Assembly (NCBI GenBank): GCA_964234715.1
Contig: OZ174284.1
Reading direction: 5' to 3' (one strand)
DNA length: 64,000 nucleotides
From: Podarcis melisellensis
Taxonomy: Eukaryota
Made by a program: the position numbers and the translations under genes. Under the pieces are notes generated by a model. The model had not been told where the DNA came from, did not search any database, and saw only the letters and a list, made by a program, of their open reading frames with translations. Positions 1 to 10,899 of the stretch are shown here, one piece after another. Each line of letters opens with the position of its first letter. The first letter of the stretch is position 1.

Positions 1-1
1 A

Positions 2-1702
2 CTCCCTGTCCCATATGGTATAATTGCGCTCCGCCTTGCTGAGCTTCCGGGAGTAGAACGCACCCGGTCGCCAGTTGCCTTGTGAATCCTCTTGCAAAAG
101 AACGGCCCCAACCGCTCTATCTGACGCATCGGTCTCTACCCGCATGGGTCTGCCGGGATTCACGTGGAGCAGCTGCTCTTCGGAGGCGAAAAGACCTTTA
201 AGCGTCCGGAAGGACCGCTCCGCTTGTTCGGTCCAGACGAACTTCTTCTTCTTGGAACTGAGGGTGTCAGTGATCGCCGCCGTCGCGTTCGCAAAACCTT
301 TAATAAACTTGCGGTAAAAATTGGCAAAGCCGATGAACCTCTGGACCTCTTTCCGATTTCGAGGGCTTTTCCAGTCCAACAGCGCTTGAACCTTAGCCCT
401 GTCCATGGCCAGTCCCTCGTCGGACAACTTGTAGCCAAGGAAATCAACCTCTCTGACATCAAACTGGCACTTTTCCAACTTGGCGTACAGCCTGTGTTCC
501 TTCAGCCTCTGCAGGACCTCCCTCACGTCCTTATCGTGATCCTCCGGCGATTCCGAGAAAATCAGGATATCGTCGAGAAAGCAGACACACTTCTTGTAGA
601 GGAGACCTGCTAGCACGTGGTGCATAAATGCTTGAAAAACGTGGCTGCCATTTTGGAGGCCGAAAGGCATGACTCTGTATTCGTATGTGCCCAGAGGGGT
701 GAACATGGCGGTCTTCCACTCATCCCCTTTCCGGATGCGGATGAGATTGTAAGCTCCACGTAGGTCCAGCTTGGTGAAAATCTTGCCCCTCCTGACGGTC
801 GCTAAAAGGTCGTCAATCTTGGGCATGGGGAAAGCTTTGGGCTTAGTCAAGCTGTTGATGAACCTGTAATCCACTATAAGCCTTTTTTGGGGCGTGTCCT
901 TCTTCTTCACAAAGAAAACAGGGCTGCCTCCCGCTGCTTTAGATTCCTGGATGAAACCTCGCTTGAGGTTATGGTCTATGAACTCCCGAAGCTCTTGCAT
1001 TTCGTCCTCCGACATGGAGTACAGCTTGGCAGCAGGCAATTGCGCCCCTGGCACTAAATCAATCGCGCAGTCGTAAGGTCTATGAGGCGGCAACTTGTCA
1101 GCTTCCTTCTCACAGAAAACCTCCAAGAATTCCTGGTACTTGTGAGGCACTGTTTGCACCATACCCAGATGCAATGGCTGCTCAGCTTCTCCTCCCTGAT
1201 CGGTCTGAAAGCAATGCTGAGCACAATACGATGAACAAAAGTTGATCTGCCTCTGGTACCACGCAACCGCGGGACTGTGCCTCTCCAGCCAACTCATGCC
1301 TAACACGATGGGTGTGTCCGATAAGTGGGTGACATTGAAACTAATAAGCTCTCGATGGTTGCCAATCTGCATCATCATGGGAGGGGTTTGCTGCACCACT
1401 TGCCCCCCCAGCAACTTCCTGCCGTCCACCGTGACCACGTTCAGAGGCGTCGTTGCAGGCAGGAGCGCCATGTTGTGCTGCTTAACGAACTGCAGTCCCA
1501 TGAAGTCGGCGTTGCTTCCCGAATCGATCGTTATTGGAACCTCGAGGAGTCTCCCATCAGGCAACTGGAGTGTAGCTGTGAGCAGAACTGCCGGTTTGGG
1601 AGGCAAAGGGTCCACGCTCTGCAGTGATGCTGGGGGCTTGTCTACAGATCCGCCTGGCTGAGCCCCAGTAGCTCTGCTTCCAGCCAGGCACTGTCGTTTC
1701 CC
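2..1702 (-). CDS. pol: Pol polyprotein (aspartic protease, reverse transcriptase, RNase H), -1 frame relative to gag, open to the window edge
   Basis: Manual translation: ...VPITIDSGSNADF...LPPHRPYDCAIDL...KLDLRGAYNLIRIRKGDEWKTAMFTPLGTYEYRVMPFGLQN...CFLDDILIFS...VETDASDRAVGAVLLQ...FYSRKLSKAERNYTIWDRE. Same frame from 1702 to 2; probably missing from the ORF track because it has no stop in the window. Confidence 0.95.
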
Positions 1703-2718
1703 TGAAGCTGCTCCCCTGGTTGCACCTCTGCTGTTACAGTTGCCAGCGCTGCAGTGTGCTTCTGGAGCCTCTGGGGGCACTCTTTCGCCATGTGGTGCGC
1801 ACTGTCACAGATGTAACACTTCCTGGTTCCTCTAGGAGGCTTCGCTTTGGCTGCACCAGGGACAGGGCTCTGGGATGGCTTCTGAGCCCTAGCACCACCA
1901 ATCTCCATTGGCTCCTCTCTGTCCTTCCCCATTGGCGAGGGGTGCGCACGGCTGAAGTCCCTGTGCACAAAAGGGAGAGTCCTTGCTTGCGCACGCGCTT
2001 GGGGCCCGTCCTCCTCGTGCCACGGACGCGCCTCATGTCGAATTCCAAGAGCTAAAGCCCGTTGCACCACGTCTTCTAGGGTCTGGGGTCTGTCCCCCCT
2101 AGCGATCTCATCCTTGATGGGGGGGCTCAATCCCTCCCAAAAAAGATCTCTGACCGGTTTACTGTCCTTTGGCCAATCTAAGGCGGTGAGCAATGCAAAA
2201 AATTTAGAGTGGTATTGGCGCACAGTCGCTTTCCCCTGCCTCAGCCCGTGCATTTGACGGCGCGCAATGTCCACATCCACAGAGGATTGAAAACAAGAAT
2301 CCATCGCTTTGATGAACGCAGTTGAATCGCGACGGGCCGGTCCATCTTCGCGCCACAAATTGCGTAGCCAAGCCCTGGCCTCCCCATGCAGGTGCGAAAC
2401 AATGAACCCCACTCTCTCCTCCTCATCTTTAAAATCGTGACGGAGTAAGTGCAGTGCATATACAACGTCCGCTCTGAAATTGGGATAGTCTTGCAAGTTG
2501 CCATTAAAATGCGGAACTAGGGCACCCCCCCTTCGTCCAAGCGCAATGCCCTCCGCTCTGGATCCTGGGGCCCCCGCCTTGTCCGCGCGCTCCCACCTTG
2601 CCTGCAAATCCTGGCACGTCTTCTCCAAGTCGTCATTCTTCTTCTGCGAAGCAATGACTGCCGATGTGAGAGCGGTAACCTGATTCCGCAATGCAACCAG
2701 CTGCTCCTCAGCGCTCAT
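1642..2718 (-). CDS. gag: Gag (N-terminal coiled coil, retrotransposon capsid domain, CX2CX4HX4C zinc knuckle), 358 aa from MSAEEQ
   Basis: ORF 1642..2823; the part above 2778 is LTR. First ATG after the LTR is at 2718 in GCCATG context. Motifs LRQGKATVRQYHSKF, EEPMEIG, CYICDSAHHMAKEC. Confidence 0.93.
   Translation of the reverse strand: MSAEEQLVALRNQVTALTSAVIASQKKNDDLEKTCQDLQARWERADKAGAPGSRAEGIALGRRGGALVPHFNGNLQDYPNFRADVVYALHLLRHDFKDEEERVGFIVSHLHGEARAWLRNLWREDGPARRDSTAFIKAMDSCFQSSVDVDIARRQMHGLRQGKATVRQYHSKFFALLTALDWPKDSKPVRDLFWEGLSPPIKDEIARGDRPQTLEDVVQRALALGIRHEARPWHEEDGPQARAQARTLPFVHRDFSRAHPSPMGKDREEPMEIGGARAQKPSQSPVPGAAKAKPPRGTRKCYICDSAHHMAKECPQRLQKHTAALATVTAEVQPGEQLQGNDSAWLEAELLGLSQADL
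1652..1702 (-). promoter_or_regulatory. -1 programmed ribosomal frameshift signal (G GGA AAC, 6-nt spacer, 9-bp stem-loop)
   Basis: Minus strand reads CAG GGA AAC GACAGT GCCTGGCTG (20 nt) CAGCCAGGC; heptamer 1702-1696, stem arms 1689-1681 and 1660-1652; the -1 shift enters pol. Confidence 0.85.
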
Positions 2719-2765
2719 GGCTGCTCCCGTTCGTGAGCTTCGCAAAAAAAAATTTTTGCTTTCAG

Positions 2766-2776
2766 AGAGGGGACTT
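2766..2776 (-). promoter_or_regulatory. Self-priming primer-binding site (non-tRNA)
   Basis: AAGTCCCCTCT lies 2 nt inside the LTR boundary and is exactly complementary to AGAGGGGACTT at 2930-2920 in the LTR; no TGG-type tRNA PBS. Confidence 0.8.
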
Positions 2777-2778
2777 AC

Positions 2779-3545
2779 TGTCACGGCCACCCAGGACTGG
2801 TCCCAGCTCACAAGAGACCTCACTCCGTTGCAGCTTATTTACAAGAAAAGTTTATTGAAGATTTCTGCTTCTCATACAGTTCAGCATTGTGGCCGTACGT
2901 CTGCCACGTTAGACCGCTGAAGTCCCCTCTGACTCCTCCCCTCTTCCGCACCAACTTAATAGCCTGGCTCTAGACCACCTCTTCCTCTCCTTTCTTTTCC
3001 GCAGGGTCTTCCTGCCCCCCTGGGTTCCCTCTCTCCGTGACTCGCCTGAGGCTGAATCCTCTGCCGCCTCTTCCCCCCTCTTTCTGGCTTTAGGGCCGGG
3101 CTCCTCCCCTGAGCTCTCTCCACTTCCGCGCGCCTCTACGTTTGAACTTGGCGCGCGTACGTTGCTGCTGACCTTTCCTTCGACCGCTACACCACCCCCT
3201 GCTCTGCTCTCCACCCTTTCCGGCTGAACACCCTGCTCCAACCCCCTCTCTCTGTTCTCTCCTAATCCTGCTCCCTCCGAGAGGCTGACGACTCCACCCC
3301 CTTTACTCCGTTCCGGCTGAGACGTCTCTTGCTTCCTCTGTCTTCCACTGGGCTCCTCTCCGCTTCTCCCTTCTCCTCCCCTTTGCTTGATTAAGGTAAC
3401 CCCCTTTTGAGAATCCTCTGACTCGCTGCTCAGACTCGTGGATTCCCTCAGAATTCCGTCATCTTCTTCCTCATCCTTCTGCCCCTCCTCCCACTCGCTC
3501 TCCGTCTCCTCTGTCATCTCCTCCTCTCTCCCAGAAACCCTGACA
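2779..3545 (-). repeat. 5' LTR (767 bp) with TATA-like TATTAA (2961-2956), predicted TSS ~2930 and AATAAA (2856-2851)
   Basis: Minus strand begins TGTCAGGG at 3545 and ends CCGTGACA at 2779; promoter and poly(A) motifs are in U3-R-U5 order. Confidence 0.88.
2909..3544 (-). CDS. LTR (U3)-encoded open frame: acidic/Ser/Gly-rich with basic C-terminus; coding status uncertain
   Basis: Part of ORF 2909..3658 inside the LTR: VRVSGREEEMTEETESEWEEG...TLRKRKERKRWSRARLLSWCGRGEESEGTSAV*, ~210 codons with no stop; in-frame ATG at 3517. Confidence 0.45.
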   Translation of the reverse strand, partial: VRVSGREEEMTEETESEWEEGQKDEEEDDGILRESTSLSSESEDSQKGVTLIKQRGGEGRSGEEPSGRQRKQETSQPERSKGGGVVSLSEGAGLGENRERGLEQGVQPERVESRAGGGVAVEGKVSSNVRAPSSNVEARGSGESSGEEPGPKARKRGEEAAEDSASGESRREGTQGGRKTLRKRKERKRWSRARLLSWCGRGEESEGTSAV

Positions 3546-4114
3546 CATACCTTTAGGCGCCAGGTGAAAATGTTTCTGTACATTTCGCCACAACATGCAA
3601 CAGAAATACAAACTTCTGTATTAAACCCACCCGTGAAATCCACGAAGACAACAAACATTATATTCAGAACCTTTAAAAGAGAGTGACATACTTCTAAATA
3701 TATCTTTATTCTTGTTAGTATGACACATTAGGTATCCTTTTACACTTCAGTTTTGCCAGATGTAATGAAGACCGTGGATCAAAAATAAGGTGTAGCTTCT
3801 GGTTTCCTGGTTCTTCTATTTTTGTTGGGATGAGGTTGCATGCATTACGTATGTGGAAATTTGAAGTGTAAATTTAACACTTTGCTGTCAGCATCAGGAA
3901 GGCATCATTCAGCCAACTGAAGCTGCATTTCCCTGCATTGACCTTCCCATGTATCTCATATGTGATCAGCAAATGATTTAGCTTACAGATGCTACTACCT
4001 GGGAAACATATCGACAAGCAACTTCTTTCTGGTTCGGAGGCTGTCCTGTATTGCATGTTTTGTTATTTTGCTAAAGGTTTAACTCAGTGCTGTTTCACTC
4101 AGGGCCTTCCTATA

Positions 4115-4215
4115 GGCTTCCATTGGGCATCCAGTTGACCACTGTGAGAGCAGGATAATGAATTAGGCTTTTGGCCTAATTCAACAGGGCTCTTCTTATG
4201 TTCTTCTCATGTTGT
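4115..4215 (+). mobile_element. Old squamate SINE/LINE 3'-end fragment (...CAGGGCTCTTCTTATGTT tail)
   Basis: Similar degenerate copies at ~25640-25720, ~56760-56890 and ~62040-62110. Confidence 0.5.
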
Positions 4216-5449
4216 TACATTTTTCTGTTGGCACAGTGCATTTCTCTTTGTATCCCCTGCCCTGCTTCACCCCTTGCACAAACATAGCATGGCTCCTGAT
4301 ACTTGGGGGACAGGAAGCTAGAGAAAGGTTCAGCATTTTGAATTTTGGAAATGCCTGCTGTGCATTTTTAAGTGATGTTGAAGTTCATCATCACACCTGT
4401 GTTATCACACTGATAACATAAATCCCAGCAAGGAAAATGGAGTCAGAAACTTTTGAGCATTCCTGTTGGACAAAAAGCTGGGTTCCAGCATCACTTGTCA
4501 CTGATATTTCAATGTAACTGACAAAGGTAGCTTGGATGGTTCAGCATTTATTTAATTTTTGATAGATAAGCTCCCAGGACAGGCTGCAAAAACAACAACA
4601 ACAATTATACAGTTTAAAATACAGTATACAGCCAATTCTTAATGCAATTCCAAAAATATTTAAAATGGAGGATAACAGTAAACATATATCTCAGCTGTGA
4701 AATGACATGCACACATGTGAATTCACTGATGTATATTTCTGCTTGTCTTACTTCTGTGAACAAGACTGAGATTCACTAAGACTTGAGGACATCAGCAGCA
4801 GTACTTATGGCTGCCAAAAGCAATAGCCCTCGCTCTCCGCTTTTCTCTGATAAGGTTGTGTAGTCCACAATGGGTGCTGTGATGTCATTCCTTTGAATTT
4901 CCTCACTCCTGCAAACAACAGTCAATAATGGAAATACTTATTCATAACATCCTGGTTTGTATGACATGCTCAGCTCAGCCTTGGCTTAGTGAGACTATGC
5001 AAATCTGTGGTCTCCTAGAGAAAAGCCTGCAGTCGTCATTTTGTTGTTCCCTGGATCCTTTTGTGTTCCTATGCTAGTCTGAGGCTTAGCATGCTGTCTG
5101 AACCAGAACTTGTGGTTGAGGTCACTCCTTATGAACCACAAGCTAAAGCCAAGGTTCACTCTTGGCTACAGCTTATGGTTATTGAAGAAAGAGCTGAACC
5201 ATGAGTTGAAATTTAGACCTTGGTTGAGTGTGATACAGCAGCAAAAAGGACCTGGGGAGGAGCAAAACAGCTCTGAGCTCCTCTCTGAGAGACCATTCAC
5301 CAGCAGCATCTTAGCATGTCATGCTAACCCACCCAGTAGTAGAACATCTCATATCTTTCATTATTAAATGTTACTGCGGAAGAGAGGAGGCCTGCAACTT
5401 TTAGTGGCAGCCTCCAATTAGTCAAGTAGTCTAGTTCTGGACTAAAAAG

Positions 5450-5805
5450 AAAGGTACCCTGCCCATACGGGCCAGTCGTGTCCGACTCTAGGGTTGTGCG
5501 CTCATCTCACTTAAGAGGCTGGGAGCCAGCGCTGTCCGGAGACACTTCCGGGTCACGTGGCCAGCGTGCCGAAGCTGCTCTGGCGAGCCAGCACCAGCAC
5601 AGCACACGGAAACGCCGTTTACCTTCCCGCTATAAAGCGGTCCCTATTTATCTACTTGCACTTAGGGGTGCTTTCGAACTGCTAGGTGGGCAGGAGCTGG
5701 GACCGAAAGACGGGAGCTCACTCCGCTGCAGGGATTCGAACTGCTGACCATACGATCGGCAAGTCCTAGGCACTGAGGTTTTACCCACAGCACCACCCGT
5801 GTCCC
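5450..5805 (-). mobile_element. Sauria SINE
   Basis: Reverse complement of the tRNA-like head (GGGACACGGGTGGTGCTGTGGG...GTTCGAATCCC) and BovB-like tail; closely matches the copy at 22523. Confidence 0.92.
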
Positions 5806-8800
5806 TCAAGAAAACAGGGTGACAAATACAGTGATACAGTCTAGACATCTGTCCTTGTGGGGAGGAAGTTACAGACTCTTTGGCTCATGTACGTCTTGCC
5901 TCTAATTTATATAAAGACAACTGAATTAGATCAGTGACTCCCATTCTCTCAAACTTACCAGGTGGGACTTCTAAACCTTTTGGCAGATTCGAACAAATGA
6001 TAAACAGAGACTGTTGCTAGATTTCTCTTTCTAACTGCAAAAACATGAAATGAAATTCCCCAATTAAACCTATCCTGTCTGCTGTTCTCCTACATTACCA
6101 TTTAAAAATACTTATTTTCATTAGTTGTTAGCTTCAGTTAACGCTATAAACATACAAAATAATAATAAGTATCATCAACAAAAAGGAATACAGAACTTGA
6201 CAAATGTTTGATGTAACTATCAGCTGAAGGTTTTAGTCACTTATGTTCCAATATAGACAATCAAATAAAGGTGTCATTTCATAATGTTCCATGCATTGAT
6301 GGAGAAAGAAAACCATGTTCAATCAATTTTGCAAAATCAATGAAAGGATACCATGTTGAATATGCTGGTCATTTTTCCAGTGTGATCTTCTATTTGTAGA
6401 GTGGTAAATAAGTCCACAAGTACAATGTCCCATTCTTGCAAAATTCAAACTTCAAAAAGATTTATATCTAGAGATTTCCAGGGTTTTTTTTGCTATCACT
6501 AATTTAGCTGCTGTTAGTAAATGAAGGATAGTATCTTTATTGGTTACATTTTGAGTCTGGGGCCTGAGGAATGCCATTACATTTTTTAATCTGGTTATGT
6601 GATTTTTTCCCCTTTCAACTCACTCTTAACTTCCATATTTTAAGGTATCTTGTTGTATATCTTATTTTAGACATATTTTAGATATTTCTGGTATTTGATA
6701 TCATTTCTGTATTGCAACCCACTTTAATGTATTTTGTATGTTATGATATTTATTTGTACATTTGTTGGCTTTATTGTGTCCAGGACTGAGACTGCATAAT
6801 AAAGAATCTGTATTTGCATCAGTGATGTAGTTCAGCACTGGTCCATGGACCAACTAGGAGCATTAATGGATCTCATTTTTGCAATTTCCCTATTTATGGA
6901 ATTCCCACAAAAGGGAACCTATCAATTCTGACTTTTTACTGGGCTTTGTAGATCCTTTTGTTTCAAACTGCTTTTAGGTAACACATCTATTAGTTAAGAA
7001 CTTGGGCTCATTTTACATTGTTAATAGATATCCCACCACTGGTTTTAATTAAACCTATGTTTAATTAATTTTATGGGTTGCTTGGCTTGCCTCTTTTTTG
7101 ACTACTGTTTTATCGTGTGTTTACAGTTTTATGTAGGCCTCCTTGGGAGGTTTTTCTGTGTTGAAAACAGGCCTAGAAATACTGTAAAATGATGGTTTGT
7201 CCTATGCATGCTTAGCAGGGGAAGCTCCACTGAATGCAGTAAGGCCTAATTCTGAGAATACATGTATAGGCTTGTGTTCTTAATTTGACTTCTGCCCAAC
7301 ATTCACAGGGTTTCAATTCATGTAACTCCCCCCCAAGATAAGAGTAATGTACTTTCATGCAAATCTTTCCTTTATAAGCTGAAGCAGTTCATTTTGCTTC
7401 TCAAGAATATGGCTTTTTTGTATGATCATTTAAGCATTAGAAATGAGGAAATTGTCTATACTACACTGCAGTAAAGGCCATTTTCTTTCTCTGTATCTTC
7501 ATTAGTGCAAAATAATATTCACCTATCCATAGTTCTTTCTATATAATGGCTCATGAAATGAAGGCTTTGTGCTCATTTTCTGCAAGGAATCATTTGCTTC
7601 TCAGGCACCCTTCTCTACATCCTTTGTGTTATGGAAAGAGATCCATGTATATATTTCCATTTCAAACCAATTTAGCACTTTGGTGGATTAATTATTTCAA
7701 AACCTTCAGATGAAAAACCCTTTAGAAAAAAATCTCATTTTCTAATGTCATAACCATGATAGTGTAATGGGCACAGTGAGTCCACTCTAGCAGGGGAACA
7801 AAAACTCTGAGGCCTCTTGGAAGCTTGCCAATATCATAGTGAAATGGCGAAGTCCATGGACCTTTTGCATATTTCCAGCCCCACTTAGGAGCATAGATAC
7901 TGGAAGCACTTGCAAATGCCATTTTTGGGTAAGTGGTGGGAAGAAGCATTTGGAAAAGGATTTTGATACATAAAAGCATCTATCATTGATTTCATCTATA
8001 ACAATGATTTTAAATCGGATTACAAAAGGTGGGGGGACACAAATGAAATAACAATACATTCAAAACAGCCAGAAGATAAAAGTGAAATTAAAAGTCAAAA
8101 CAGTTTTAAAAACTTAAGACAATAAAAATTGTTTTAAAATGCCTGCATTATTAACAAAGTTCTTGTCTGGTGCCCCAAAAGACAAGAATATTTGGTGCTA
8201 GCATTCCTGGGACACCATTACCAAAAAAAAAGTGCTGTCTCTTGTTGCAACGAAACGTTACCTATGACAAAGGTGGTATTTTGAGAAGGTCATTGGCTGA
8301 TTGCATTGGCTGATGTGGGAAATATGGAACAGGGGGGAACTGTTGGCTAGTAGAAAATAATCCCTGGAATTCTGGTGCAGTGCTCATTTATAGACAGCTG
8401 GAAGAGGAATAATAGAACATGGTAAGCATTAGAATTACAATGCAATTCTGTCCATGTGCATTCGGAAGTAAGTGCCATTGTAAGTGTGCATCATTAGTTC
8501 ATAATGATGGGTGATACTTAAGATACTCTGACTTCTATTTTATTATTTTGAAATGTGATCCACTTTCTACATGTTGATTTATATTTTGCTTTCTTATTTG
8601 TTGGTCTTTTGAGTTTATTTCCATTGTTGGTCTTTTGAGTTTATTTCCATTGATACGAGTTTTAATTTTCTTATTTCTATTTTCTACAGTATAGTAAAAA
8701 GATGTAATGTTAGCATAGGCTCCAGACAGGGTTAACTTCTCCTCACAGACTCCCCCCCCCCCATCACAAATCCAGATTCAGTCTAGATCTGGATAAGCAT

Positions 8801-8807
8801 AATCTTA

Positions 8808-8858
8808 AAGAAGAAAAAGAGGAGGAGGAGGAGGAGGAGAAGAAGGAGAAGGAGGAGG
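8808..8858. repeat. (GAA/GGA)n purine-rich microsatellite
   Basis: Direct reading. Confidence 0.85.
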
Positions 8859-9056
8859 TTTCAGTTTGTAGTGTAATATAGGTTTAAAATGATTTGTCTT
8901 TAAAATTCTGCAGAGACCACCACCTTTACTGTATCCAGGTTGGAATAACAAGCAGGGTCGGCCCAAGTAATTTTTTATTCTAAACCTCAATTTGAGGCAA
9001 ACCACAAATGGCACTCCTCTTCCCACCAGGGAAGAAGGGGTGAGTGAAGATCTACA

Positions 9057-9170
9057 ATAAAATTTGGATTTTAATTAATTTTTATAATGTTTTTATAATG
9101 TTGCACTATTTTAGTGTTGTTAGCCGCCCTGAGCCCGGCTTCGGCTGGGGAGGGCGGGATATATATAAAA

Positions 9171-9206
<36 letters not shown>
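9057..9206 (+). mobile_element. L2-type LINE 3' end with (TTA)n tail
   Basis: GTTAGCCGCCCTGAGCCCGGCTTCGGCTGGGGAGGGCGGGATAT plus (TTA)n; near-identical to the 3' end of the L2 copy at 59233-59657. Confidence 0.8.
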
Positions 9207-9249
9207 GACAAGGGCGGGGAGAGAGAGATTGAATAAAGTTCAACAGAGG

Positions 9250-9400
9250 AACAGTCTCCATCTGGAGGTCTCTTTCCTTAGGAATTTTTAAGCAGAGGTT
9301 GGATGGCCATCTGTCATGGATGCTTGAGATGCCTACATTGCATGGAGTTGAACTATATGACCCTTGGGGTCCCTTCCAAGTCTAAAATTCAATGATTCTA
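9250..9400 (+). mobile_element. CR1 LINE 3' fragment
   Basis: GCAGAGGTTGGATGGCCATCTGTC...GGTCCCTTCCAA...ATGATTCTA, CR1-type terminus. Confidence 0.7.
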
Positions 9401-10899
9401 TTATCTACATCGGGATCTGCTACCCCGTGGATCCTGCCACCTGAGGTGAACACCTCACTTTGCCTCAGGGGCCAAAGTAATAAAAATATTGTCAATAACA
9501 ACATCTAAACCCTAGGTTGACTAGTGCAATCCTATGCATTATGTCTATTCAGAAATATGTCCCATTAAGTTGTGCTGTATGGAAACTTAGTGATTCATTG
9601 TCTACATCAGATATAGCTTTCTAAATGTCACATACATAATGCACACAATAATTATAATAAAAAATTAGGAACATAAAGGAGGGGTAAAGGGCAGACCACC
9701 CAAGACTAAAGTCATCACAACCCTGCTTTATGCCACACTAATTTGTCTGATAACATTAATTGTAAAATCTGCTTTTTATCTCAAAATTAAACAATAGATA
9801 TTATAATCCCCATGTCTTTATCATACTGAGGCTGTGCTGCATGATTTCTGGTGTTCTGAAACATGGGCATTGCTCTAGCTTTCTTATTTGGGAACATATC
9901 CTTGACTTTCTGCCAACCAAACTGTCTAGCCATATCAAATGTCCTTAAGCAAACTGCACTTGATTACCTTGGAGACTGCGGCTGTTAGATTCACATGGAG
10001 TTTACTACAAAATTGGTATAGACTGATATCCTCCTGTGCCCTACTTCAGTTCTGCTCTGTGTATGTGTGTGTGAACTGAAAAATGATGCAATCTGTGATT
10101 GGAAGCAAGTGTGTTCTTATGGCATATATGTGCAAGAGCCGTTTAATGCCAGAGCCTCAAAATGCTTGCATTATTAGATAAATGCAGAATTTTAAGAGCA
10201 AAGGTTGCTGTGTGTGTAGCTAATGCTTAATCTTCAAGTGCTTTGTACATAACAACTGAGCTCTCTTGGCATATGATGATACGATAGTAACATATAGAAT
10301 ATTTGGCACACTGTATCCTACAGATATAAATAGCTACAACAGCACACAATAGCACAGCTGGCATAGCTCCAGCCATATCCTATGTTACATTTGGCAACTC
10401 TGTCAAACACTGTCACGTTCACTTTCTGTTAGTTGCACTCCCATCATTTAAAAAAAAAAATAGATCCTGGTTATCATGCCCTCTGTTTTGAGATCAGGAG
10501 ATCAAGAATTAACCTCACATGCTCTGAAAAGCCATTTGTCACTCTGGAGCAAGATGTTTTTGGATGCAGAGCTGTGGCTTGAGCGAGGAACAGCTATCAA
10601 GCCCAGAAACCACATAATAGCCTTCAACTCAGGGCATCAGATCAGCAAAACCTACTTTCTTTTAGTTATTTCTGAAATTGGAATCAATTACGATTTGGGT
10701 GATTTATTTGCCAGTTAATTATCACCCAGAACACAAACTGACTGCTGAGGTAAGAAGAGGCATTAATTAAAAGGCTGAAAAACAACCCAAAAAGCTTATC
10801 TAATCGGTGATTAGAAAGTACAACGGATAAGGAAGTTCTGAGGTGTTAAAAATATTCATTTTTTATTACTTGTAACTCTCTGTCCTGTCCATGTGGTGA

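Larger units (their letters stand above)
1..3545 (-). mobile_element. Ty3/Gypsy LTR retrotransposon, Tf1/sushi (PEG10/RTL-related) type; 5' LTR, gag and pol (PR-RT-RH) continuing beyond the window start
   Basis: LTR with TGTCA...TGACA termini, gag with EPMEIG motif and CCHC knuckle, pol with DSG, FLDD and TDASD motifs in Gypsy order; CpG-rich and without stops in the visible gag and pol. Confidence 0.96.

Noticed and set aside
2719-2823. N-terminal 35 residues of the 393-aa gag ORF call
   Set aside because: They lie in U5, PBS and leader and start at a non-ATG codon; the ATG at 2718 is the plausible start
75-2920. Plus-strand ORFs (164..613, 1242..1661, 1720..2055 and others) and short alternative minus-strand ORFs
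   Set aside because: Antisense or out-of-frame shadows of gag and pol in GC-rich coding DNA
3546-3658. First ~38 residues of the 249-aa ORF
   Set aside because: Outside the LTR, in host flanking DNA; fortuitous extension
7722-8059. 85-90 aa minus-strand ORFs as possible exon or viral fragment
   Set aside because: No recognisable motif or splice context
8598-8652. 26-bp tandem duplication
   Set aside because: Ordinary local slippage; two copies without spacers, not CRISPR-like
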